This document shows positions 1 to 6,801 of a stretch of 14,324 nucleotides of DNA, piece by piece. The first letter of the stretch is position 1. Each line of letters opens with the position of its first letter. The stretch comes from Candidatus Rokuibacteriota bacterium (GTDB lineage: Bacteria; Methylomirabilota; Methylomirabilia; Rokubacteriales; CSP1-6): assembly GCA_016184305.1 (NCBI GenBank), contig JACPCX010000148.1:1-14324 (forward strand), read 5' to 3'. The position numbers and the translations under genes were made by a program. The notes under the pieces were generated by a model. That model had not been told where the DNA came from. It saw only the letters and a program-made list of their open reading frames with translations, and searched no databases.

Positions 1-195
1 GGCCCGTCCACAATGGACGACCTGCTCCGCTGGCATCAGATCCTCGCCCGGAAGGGCTGGGTGGCGCCGGAAGAAGCCGGCGAGTTCGTCCGCTTGGCGT
101 ATTCTCTTTCGGCCGAACTGGGGAATCTCTCCGCCACGGGCACGGCGGGGCACTCTCCTACTTCTCATGTCTCCCTCCGCCAAGGTGCCGTGTGA
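1..195 (+). CDS. 3' end of a hypothetical protein (frame open from base 1)
   Basis: Frame 1 is open from position 1 (GPSTMDDLLRWHQILARKGWVAPEEAGEFVRLAYSLSAELGNL...) to TGA at 193-195. It has an amphipathic helical pattern, but I recognise no family. Confidence 0.4.
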   Translation, partial: GPSTMDDLLRWHQILARKGWVAPEEAGEFVRLAYSLSAELGNLSATGTAGHSPTSHVSLRQGAV

Positions 196-334
196 CGGCG
201 GATCCGGGAATCCGGCAACTCGAGCAATCGAGGCTAGCCTCTTGCTCTTCCGCCCCACGGTTTCCTCGGACGCCTCACTGGGGGAAGGTATGATGCGCCC
301 CCAAGAAGGGGCCCACGCGTCAGGGACGGAGTGG

Positions 335-1216
335 TCAAGTGCCGGTGTCGAAGGCGAAGCGCCAGGCGGCGCCGGCGCGGACGATGCGGCCGGCCGTTGG
401 GGTCGGGAAGTGGGCGGGCATGATCAGCGTGTCGGTCTCGGCGTGGCGCTCGAGGAAGGCACGGCGCGTTTGGGCCGCCTCGGCCGGAGCCGTGCAGAAG
501 CAGGTGCTCCAGTCGGGCTCGGCGCACTGCAGGGCGTGATGCATGAGGTCGCCGCTCATGACGGCCTGACGGCCGCCGGAGGCGAGGTGCAGGCACAGGT
601 GGCCGGGGGTGTGGCCGGGCGTGGGGGTCAGCGTGACGCCGTCCTCGATGGCGTGGTCGTCCTCCACCAGCACCGCCTGGCCCGCCTCGAGAATTGGCAG
701 GACGCTGTCCTGGTAGTGCGGCTCGACGGCCGCGCCGGGGCGCTGGAAGTGCTCCTGCCAGAACGCCAGTTCCCGGCGGCCGAACAGGTAGCGCGCCTTG
801 GGGAACGTGGGCACCCAGCGGCCGTCCCGCAGCCGGGTGTTCCAGCCCACGTGGTCCACGTGCAGGTGCGTGCACAGGACGACATCGATGTCCCCGGGTG
901 ATACGCCGGCCGCTGCGAGGCGCTCGAGGTAGGGCCAGTTCTTCATGTGGTAGCGCAGCTTCTGCGGGCGCGGCTTGTCGTTGCCCCCGCACGTATCCAC
1001 CAGGATGGTGTGGCGGGAGGTCCGCACCACGAAGCTGTGGAACGCCAGGACGAGCAGGCCTGTCCCCGGTTCCATCAGCACGGGCTCCAGCCAGTGGCGA
1101 TGGGCCTCGATGGCCGCCGGCGTGGACGCCGGGAACAGCGCGGCCGGCGGGAATACCGGCTCCTGGAATTCCACCACGCGATCCACCGTGAATTCGCCGA
1201 CCCTCCACCGTTCCAT
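335..1216 (-). CDS. Metallo-beta-lactamase-fold metallo-hydrolase (AHL-lactonase/methyl-parathion-hydrolase-like group)
   Basis: Motifs ILVDTCGGN, THLHVDHVGWN (HxHxDH), PTFPKARY, TPGHTPGH, SGDLMHH and MPAHF. Start moved to ATG 1216 (MERWRVGEF), which is preceded by SD GAAGGGGAG. The ORF-track extension to 1753 runs through non-coding-looking DNA. Confidence 0.92.
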   Translation of the reverse strand: MERWRVGEFTVDRVVEFQEPVFPPAALFPASTPAAIEAHRHWLEPVLMEPGTGLLVLAFHSFVVRTSRHTILVDTCGGNDKPRPQKLRYHMKNWPYLERLAAAGVSPGDIDVVLCTHLHVDHVGWNTRLRDGRWVPTFPKARYLFGRRELAFWQEHFQRPGAAVEPHYQDSVLPILEAGQAVLVEDDHAIEDGVTLTPTPGHTPGHLCLHLASGGRQAVMSGDLMHHALQCAEPDWSTCFCTAPAEAAQTRRAFLERHAETDTLIMPAHFPTPTAGRIVRAGAAWRFAFDTGT

Positions 1217-1259
1217 GTCGTCATGCTCCCCTTCAAGAGAATGTCCCTGGCGACGAGAC

Positions 1260-1299
1260 GGCCGGGGATAACCCCGCCAGAGACGGGTAAACCCCGGCC
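1260..1299. repeat. Imperfect inverted repeat upstream of the MBL hydrolase gene
   Basis: ggccggggataaccc ... gggtaaaccccggcc: 15-nt arms with 2 mismatches around a 10-nt loop. Confidence 0.45.
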
Positions 1300-1424
1300 C
1301 CGATCCGCAGACGGCACAGATGGGATGTAGCCCACCGCCCCCCTTTCGCGTGCGGCGGGTCCCCACGAAATACACCGGAACCCATGTGGCCGTCAAAGGG
1401 AAAGGGCGGCGCGTCGGGCGTGTA

Positions 1425-1498
1425 ACGTCCTGGACCGAGAAGAGCGGGAACCGATCGAAGGGGGACCGGCTCGAATCGACACTCTCAGTCCAGGATGT
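1425..1498. repeat. Long imperfect inverted repeat (possible structured RNA or operator)
   Basis: acgtcctggaccgaga (1425-1440) pairs with tctcagtccaggatgt (1483-1498): 16 bp with one G-U pair and one mismatch. Confidence 0.45.
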
Positions 1499-1545
1499 CA
1501 ACGAGTGAAGAAGTAAAGCACGGGAGATTCTGGTATGGCCCTTGG

Positions 1546-1595
1546 GCGGCTTCCCAAGCTGGCCGTGGCCGTTTCGAATCCGGTCGGCCGCTCCA
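1546..1595 (+). pseudogene. Degenerate 3' half of tRNA-Gly(CCC), a tRNA remnant / att-like site
   Basis: Anticodon arm cggc-TTCCCAA-gctg (CCC at 1553-1555), T-loop TTCGAAT, acceptor 3' strand cggccgc, discriminator U and CCA (1593-1595), as in tRNA-Gly. There is no matching 5' acceptor strand or D-arm upstream, and G53 is replaced by T. Confidence 0.7.
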
Positions 1596-1603
1596 ACCAT
1601 CCC

Positions 1604-1633
1604 GGGGGTTACGGGCACGGACCCGTAGCCCCC
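1604..1633 (+). terminator. GC-rich hairpin directly after the tRNA remnant
   Basis: gggggttacggg-cacgga-cccgtagccccc: 12-bp stem with one G-U pair, followed by ttcgatt. Confidence 0.55.
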
Positions 1634-1787
1634 TTCGATTGCCTGATAGTTTCTTGACATCGCCTTCTCCTGTCGCGCGGCATGACGTCGCGGCTCCGGT
1701 GTGTCGCGTCGGCCCGCCCCCCGCCAGGGCGGCGATTTCCCTGGGCGCGACAATGCGGTACTCTGCGGTCACCCGAAGGAGGGACCC

Positions 1788-2405
1788 ATGATCTACGAGA
1801 TCCGGACGTACCAGCTGAAGCCCGGCAGCCTCGCCGAGGTCGAGAAGCGCTTCGGCGCCGGCTACGAGTCCCGCAAGAAGTACTCACCGCTCGCCGCGTT
1901 CTGGCACACGGAGATCGGCCCGCTCAACGAGATCGTCCACGTGTGGCCGTACGCGGACATGGCCGAGCGCACCCGCGTGCGCGCCGAGGCGGCCAAGGAT
2001 CCCAACTGGCCGCCGAAGACCGCGGAGTTCATCGTCCACATGCAGTCGGAGGTGGTGGTGCCGTTCCCGTTCGTGCCTGCGCTCCAGCCCGGCACGATGG
2101 GCCCGATCTTCGAGATGCGCTACTACACCATCAAGGCCGGGACCCTGCCGGACCTCATCAAGCGCTGGGAGGGGGCGGTGCCCGCGCGCATCAAGCTCTC
2201 GCCGCTGGCCCTGGCCGGTCACGTGGAGTTCGGCGAGGCCAACCGCTACATCCACGTATGGGCCTACGAGAGCCTCGACCAGCGCGCGGCCATTCGGAAC
2301 AAGGCCCGGGAGATGGGGGTGTGGCCGCCGCCCGGCGGCGGGGATAGTCTCTTGACCCAGGCGAACAAGATCCTGCTGCCCTCCTCATTCTCGCCGCTCC
2401 AGTAG
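1788..2405 (+). CDS. Tandem (two-domain) NIPSNAP family protein
   Basis: Two NIPSNAP repeats: MIYEIRTYQLKPG...FWHTEIGPLNEIVHVWPYADMAER and IFEMRYYTIKAG...NRYIHVWAYESLDQRAAIR...LLPSSFSPLQ. SD AAGGAGG precedes ATG 1788. Confidence 0.93.
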   Translation: MIYEIRTYQLKPGSLAEVEKRFGAGYESRKKYSPLAAFWHTEIGPLNEIVHVWPYADMAERTRVRAEAAKDPNWPPKTAEFIVHMQSEVVVPFPFVPALQPGTMGPIFEMRYYTIKAGTLPDLIKRWEGAVPARIKLSPLALAGHVEFGEANRYIHVWAYESLDQRAAIRNKAREMGVWPPPGGGDSLLTQANKILLPSSFSPLQ

Positions 2406-2413
2406 AGCCCGTG

Positions 2414-2445
2414 GGCGGCGCCGGCCCGCGTCGGCCGGCGCCGCC
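2414..2445 (+). terminator. Perfect 13-bp hairpin after the NIPSNAP stop codon
   Basis: ggcggcgccggcc-cgcgtc-ggccggcgccgcc. There is no U-tract, so terminator function is uncertain. Confidence 0.5.
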
Positions 2446-2540
2446 AGTCGAGCGCGGTCAGCCGACAGCCCCTCTCACCCTGCGCCTCACGAGTTGCCTC
2501 GTAGCCGTGACCGGCCAGCAACCGCGGGGCTCCGGGAATG

Positions 2541-2574
2541 TGCCAGGCGGGCAAGGCGGCGTGTCAGTCTGGCA
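2541..2574 (+). promoter_or_regulatory. Paired enhancer (UAS) sites for a Fis-HTH sigma54 activator
   Basis: Two 13-bp pseudo-palindromes, TGCCAGGCGGGCA (2541-2553) and TGTCAGTCTGGCA (2562-2574), 21 bp apart, upstream of a -24/-12 promoter. The same motif recurs at 13152-13185. Confidence 0.65.
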
Positions 2575-2607
2575 TTCCCCCGGGGCTCCTCCCGTCCTCT
2601 ACCGAGA

Positions 2608-2620
2608 TAACTAAGTGATT
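2608..2620 (-). promoter_or_regulatory. IHF-like binding site
   Basis: The reverse complement AATCACTTAGTTA matches WATCAANNNNTTR with one mismatch. It is an AT-rich island between the UAS and the sigma54 promoter. Confidence 0.6.
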
Positions 2621-2647
2621 TCGTGGAGCCTTGCCTGAAACGGGCGA

Positions 2648-2663
2648 TGGCATCGCCCGTGCA
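2648..2663 (+). promoter_or_regulatory. Sigma54 (-24/-12) promoter of the TPR-RRE-ATP-grasp operon
   Basis: TGGCATCGCCCGTGCA has GG-N10-GC spacing and matches TGGCAC-N5-TTGCA. Predicted +1 is near 2674. Confidence 0.75.
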
Positions 2664-2804
2664 GTTGTCCTCCCGCATGCCACAACGTCCAGCGTGCAGG
2701 CGCTGTCAAGCAGCGCCACCGCGCCGCGGGGGCAGGTCACCTGGAAGCCACTCCATCCGCCAGTCGACGGGACGGGGCGGGTCGGAGCAACGGGAGGAGC
2801 CGCG

Positions 2805-5528
2805 ATGAGCAGGAGATCTCTGGTGTCAGTGGTGGGGTGCATCATCCTGGCCGGGCTCGCAGGCGCGATCCATGGCGCTGCGGCGGCGGAGCCCAGGATG
2901 GACGACGCGGTCAAGCTCTTCAAGGCGGAGAAGCTCGTCGAGGCCGAGAAGGCCCTGGGCGGCATCCTCGCGAAGTCGCCGGACGCGATGGATGCCCGTC
3001 TCCTCATGGGGTGGAGCCTCTGGGGCCAGGGGCGCTACGACGAGGCGCTGGTCCGCTTCAAGAGCGTGCTGCGCGAGGCCCCGGCCCAGCGCCGCCCGAC
3101 GACGGACGAGATAATCACCTTCAACATCGCCTCCGATGTCACCGCCATCAACAACCCCGACCTGGCCTCGGCCCGGAAGGGGCTCGGCTGGACCTACTTC
3201 AAGAAGGGGTGGATCCGGCTCGCGGGCGCGCAGTTCACCTCCCTCAACAAGCTCTCGTCCAACTGGGACGAGCCGTACCTCGGGCTCGGGTTCGTCTATC
3301 TCGCCCACGGAAAGTTCAACGAGTCCGAGGCCGCGTTCCGCGAGTACCTGGCCAAGACCCCGTCGGGGACGAACAAGCCCCACGAGGGCGCGCGCGGCCT
3401 GGGTGATCTGTTCGTCGCCAAGGGCGATCCCGCGAAGGCGATTCCGCACCTGGTGACGGCGCTCAAGGGAAAGCCCGGGTGGCTGGAGGTGCAGTCGCTC
3501 CTGGCGTGGAGCTATCTCCAGACGGGTGACTCCGCCAAGGCCGCGGAGATCTTCAGTCAGCTCAAGACGGCGCGCCCGGCCGAGGCCGAGGCGGGTCTGG
3601 CGTGGGTGGCCCTCAAGCGGGACCGGCTTGACGAGGCCGAAGCGGGATTCGGCCGCGCGCTGGTCGCCCTCCCGGGCTACGGCCGGGCGCTCGAAGGGAT
3701 ACGCGAGCTCCGCGGCAAGCGCTACAAGGCCTTCGACGAGGCCTGGGCGCTCTATTACGGAGGCAAGAATTCCGAGGCCGTGGCGGCATTCGAGCGGCTG
3801 AGCAAGGAGCCGGGGCGGCTGCCCGATACCATGAAGCCCCTGGTGCTCAATGGGCTCGGCTGGTCCCGGCTCGGGCTCGGCGAGGCGGAAGAGGCCGAGA
3901 AGATCTTCCAGGAGTCGCTGCGCCAGCTTCCGAACGGCGCCGAGGCCACGGCCGGCCTCGGATTCATCGCATTGCGCCGCAAGGAGTGGGAGAAAGCCGA
4001 GACGGCCTTCGTCCAGGCCAACGGGACCATCCCCGGCCTGGCGGCGGCGAACAATGGCTTCGCCGCGCTCCGCGCCGCGCGCTTCGGCCCGCACGACCGG
4101 GCCTGGGAGCTCTTCTATCTCGGCAAGCCCGAGCAGGCCATCAAGGCCTTCGAGGCCCTCCTGGCCAGCCCGGGTGACTTGCCCGCCGCGACGCTTCCAT
4201 TCATCCGCGGCGGCATCGGCTGGTCCCAGCTCGCGCTTGGCAAGGTCGATAGCGCCGAGGAAACCTTCAAGCAGATCCGGCCCGCCTCGAAGATGGAGGA
4301 GGCCGAGGCGAAGGCCGGCATCGGCTGGATCGCGCTCCGGCGCAACCAGCCCGAGCAGGCCCAGAAGCTCTTCACGGAGGCGCTGACCGGCGCGCCCGGC
4401 TACGCCGCCGCCCTGCGAGGGTTCGCCGAGCTGAGGCGTGTGCGCGCGCCCGAGCTGGACGTGGCGTGGGCCGCGTACAACCAGGGCAAGTTCGGGGACG
4501 CAGCGCCCATGTTCAACAAGGTGATCGAGACCGCCGGGCTGCCGGCCGAATACGTGCGGGAGGCCCGGCGCGGGCAGGCCTGGAGCCTCTACTACGGGGG
4601 CACGCTCCAGAATGCCGCCGACGAGTTCGAGAAGCTAGTCAAGGCCGGCGAGGACGCCGATGTCCTGTACGGGCAGGGGCTGGCTCTGGCCGGCCTGGGC
4701 CAGCACGGAACCGCCGCTCCCGCGCTCGGGCGCGCCGCCGCGCTCGTCCCCGGCTCCCTCGACTACCAGGCCGCCCACGGCCGAGCGCTGCTCGCCAGCG
4801 GCGATGCCAAGGGGGCCCTCGCGGCCTTCACGGCGGCCTACCGGATCGCTCCGGCCTCCGCCGAGGTGAATCGGATGCTCGGCTGGACCTACGTGAAGCT
4901 CAACCGGCCGGCGGAGGCCAAGGCGGCCTTCCGCTACGCCCTGACCCTGATCCCGGGCTACTCGGACGACAAGCCCTTCCGGGAGCTGACAGGCAGCAAG
5001 GATTACCGCGATCTCAGGGGCGACCTGGCCTGGGGCTATGTCAGGTGGCAGGCCTTCGAGTCCGCGCGCAAGCTCTTCGAGGAGATCGCCAAGGACGACG
5101 CGGCCGACGGCAACGCGTGGTTCGGCCACGGCTACGCCCTCTACAAGCTCGGCAAGACCTCCGAGACCGAGGCGAGCCTCAACCGCGCGCTCAAGGCCAA
5201 GCGCCGGGCGGAGCACCGCACGGTGTGGGTCGTGTTCCCGGAGTCGGGCAGCTACCCGGTCCTGACCGACGTGCAGTCCATTCTCGGCTGGGTCTCGCTG
5301 GTGGCGGGCAAGTGCGAGCAGGCCGTCGAGCGCTTCGACGCCTCGCTGGACCGCGACCCCGACCTGGTCGCCTCGATGGTGGGCAAGGCCATCTGCCTCG
5401 CGAAGAAGGGCGAGCACACCGCCGCGCGGGAGATTTACCTGACGGCGCAGGAGGTGTATCCGGCCTATCCGCCGGTGCTGGCCGGGCTCCGCGCGACCGA
5501 GCCGAAGAAAACGGCCGAGATCCGCTGA
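2805..5528 (+). CDS. Large secreted/periplasmic tetratricopeptide-repeat protein (~907 aa)
   Basis: SD GGAGGAG before ATG 2805. Sec-type signal peptide MSRRSLVSVVGCIILAGLAGAIHGAAA. Many TPR-like units with recurring (G/L)LGW..Y and A...F..AL...P. Confidence 0.9.
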   Translation: MSRRSLVSVVGCIILAGLAGAIHGAAAAEPRMDDAVKLFKAEKLVEAEKALGGILAKSPDAMDARLLMGWSLWGQGRYDEALVRFKSVLREAPAQRRPTTDEIITFNIASDVTAINNPDLASARKGLGWTYFKKGWIRLAGAQFTSLNKLSSNWDEPYLGLGFVYLAHGKFNESEAAFREYLAKTPSGTNKPHEGARGLGDLFVAKGDPAKAIPHLVTALKGKPGWLEVQSLLAWSYLQTGDSAKAAEIFSQLKTARPAEAEAGLAWVALKRDRLDEAEAGFGRALVALPGYGRALEGIRELRGKRYKAFDEAWALYYGGKNSEAVAAFERLSKEPGRLPDTMKPLVLNGLGWSRLGLGEAEEAEKIFQESLRQLPNGAEATAGLGFIALRRKEWEKAETAFVQANGTIPGLAAANNGFAALRAARFGPHDRAWELFYLGKPEQAIKAFEALLASPGDLPAATLPFIRGGIGWSQLALGKVDSAEETFKQIRPASKMEEAEAKAGIGWIALRRNQPEQAQKLFTEALTGAPGYAAALRGFAELRRVRAPELDVAWAAYNQGKFGDAAPMFNKVIETAGLPAEYVREARRGQAWSLYYGGTLQNAADEFEKLVKAGEDADVLYGQGLALAGLGQHGTAAPALGRAAALVPGSLDYQAAHGRALLASGDAKGALAAFTAAYRIAPASAEVNRMLGWTYVKLNRPAEAKAAFRYALTLIPGYSDDKPFRELTGSKDYRDLRGDLAWGYVRWQAFESARKLFEEIAKDDAADGNAWFGHGYALYKLGKTSETEASLNRALKAKRRAEHRTVWVVFPESGSYPVLTDVQSILGWVSLVAGKCEQAVERFDASLDRDPDLVASMVGKAICLAKKGEHTAAREIYLTAQEVYPAYPPVLAGLRATEPKKTAEIR

Positions 5529-5746
5529 TGGACCCGCGCTTTCTCTTCAAGGAGGACTGCGGAGACGTGTTCACCCTGAATTCCATGGGCGCGCTCGTCC
5601 ACCGCCTCTACCGGGAAGGGGCGGCGCCGGAGGACATCGCTCAGCGGCTGGCGAGATCCCACGGGATCTCGCCAGCCCGGGCGCTCGGCGACGTGCTCGC
5701 CTTTCTCGCCCAGGTGAGGATCCATGGACTCCAGTCCGCATCGTAG
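5528..5746 (+). CDS. Stand-alone PqqD-family / RiPP recognition element (RRE) protein (72 aa)
   Basis: ATG overlaps the TPR stop (TGATG). MDPRFLFKEDCGDVFTLNSMGALVHRLYREGAAPEDIAQRLARSHGISPARALGDVLAFLAQVRIHGL fits the PqqD pattern G..FxLN..G..(I/V).....G....EI...L...Y.V....A..DV..FL..L...GL. It is the last 72 aa of ORF-track 4466..5746. Confidence 0.82.
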   Translation: MDPRFLFKEDCGDVFTLNSMGALVHRLYREGAAPEDIAQRLARSHGISPARALGDVLAFLAQVRIHGLQSAS

Positions 5747-6797
5747 CCTGACCGTCGCGATCACGGGGCTCGCGGCCTCGGACAACCCGGGGCCGGGGGT
5801 GGCTGTGGCGCGCTGCCTCAGGGAGTCGCCCGGGTTCAGGGGGAAGCTTGTCGGGCTCTCCTTCGACCATCGCTTCACCGGGCTGTATGCAACCGGTCTG
5901 TTCGACGAGGCCTTCCTCATCCCGGCTCCGTCCTACGGGGACCGGAGCTTCGTCCAGGCGCTGGCCGACATCAAGCGGCACACTGCCATCGACGTGCTGG
6001 TACCCGCGCTGGACCCCGATGTCGGGCTGTGCGCCGCGACACGCCGCTCGCTGGGGGCGCTCGGAATCCACACACTCGTGCCCGACGCGGCCGCCATCCG
6101 CCGCCGGGCCAAGTCGGTGCTCACGCCGCTGGCCGAGACCGTCGGGTTTTCCGCCCCGCGGACGCTTACGCTGTTCTCGCAAACCGCCATGACGGCCGCG
6201 CTCCGCGACCTCACGCTCCCGTTCTTCCTCAAGGGGTCCTTTGCCGACGCGAGGCTCGTGAGCACGGCGGAGCAGGCGCACGCGGAGTTCGAGCGGCTGG
6301 TCGGCCAATGGGGATTTCCTCTGCTGGCCCAGGAGCGGGTGCTCGGCGACGAGCTGAATCTGACCGTGCTCTTCAACCGCAAGAGCGAGCTGGTCGGAGC
6401 CGTGCCCATGCGGAAGCTGGGCGTCACGGACCGGGGCAAGGGCTGGGCCGGAGTCACGGTGCGGCTGCCGGACGTCGTGGAGCGCGCCGGCGCGCTGCTG
6501 CGGTCCATCGACTGGGTGGGCCCCGCCGAGCTGGAGATGATCCGCGATCCCGCCTCGAACCGGTTCTACCTCATCGAGATCAACCCCCGCTTCCCCGCGT
6601 GGACCTATCTCACGGCGGCGGCGGGACAGAATCTGCCGTGGGCGGCGGTGCAGCTCGCCATGGGACGAGAGGTCCGGCTCTTCCGCGAGGTCCGGCCGGG
6701 ACAGCTCTTCGTCCGGTCGGTCGAGGATGCCTTCATTCCCTTCGACCAGGTGGAGGCGCTGAGGTCCTCGCGTCATCTGGTCCTGCGGGGGATGTAA
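5724..6797 (+). CDS. ATP-grasp (carboxylate-amine ligase-like) protein with intact active site
   Basis: N-terminal VAITGLAASDNPGPG, then LPFFLKG, PLLAQERVLGDE, GPAELEM and FYLIEINPRFPAW (ExN metal/ATP motif). Confidence 0.88.
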   Translation: MDSSPHRSLTVAITGLAASDNPGPGVAVARCLRESPGFRGKLVGLSFDHRFTGLYATGLFDEAFLIPAPSYGDRSFVQALADIKRHTAIDVLVPALDPDVGLCAATRRSLGALGIHTLVPDAAAIRRRAKSVLTPLAETVGFSAPRTLTLFSQTAMTAALRDLTLPFFLKGSFADARLVSTAEQAHAEFERLVGQWGFPLLAQERVLGDELNLTVLFNRKSELVGAVPMRKLGVTDRGKGWAGVTVRLPDVVERAGALLRSIDWVGPAELEMIRDPASNRFYLIEINPRFPAWTYLTAAAGQNLPWAAVQLAMGREVRLFREVRPGQLFVRSVEDAFIPFDQVEALRSSRHLVLRGM

Positions 6798-6801
6798 GGG
6801 C

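Noticed and set aside
1..195. Four-helix-bundle (23S rRNA IVP-like) protein C-terminus
   Set aside because: There is only a vague helical-pattern resemblance and too little sequence to support it.
1430..1520. Glycine or TPP riboswitch (CGAAGG...CTCTCAG on the plus strand, CTGAGA on the minus strand)
   Set aside because: Only isolated short motifs match. The GGAGA/CTCTCAGG core of the glycine riboswitch and the GAACCTGAT-type core of the TPP riboswitch are absent.
1520..1595. Intact tRNA-Gly gene
   Set aside because: There is no 5' strand complementary to cggccgc and no D-stem, and G53 and the top anticodon-stem pair are broken.
1217..1753. Long N-terminal extension of the MBL hydrolase ORF (335..1753 in the track)
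   Set aside because: It crosses the tRNA remnant and hairpins and has no protein-like character. A good SD and the family N-terminus sit at ATG 1216.
2631..2804. Upstream extension of the TPR ORF from TTG 2631
   Set aside because: It overlaps the sigma54 promoter. The strong SD and signal peptide start at ATG 2805.
4466..5527. First ~354 aa of ORF 4466..5746
   Set aside because: This is an off-frame, Arg/Gly-rich shadow of the TPR gene. Only the part from ATG 5528 looks like a real (PqqD-like) protein.
5528..5746. PQQ or lasso-peptide biosynthesis cluster
   Set aside because: No pqqA/B/C/E, radical SAM enzyme, lasso cyclase or B2 protease is present in the window.
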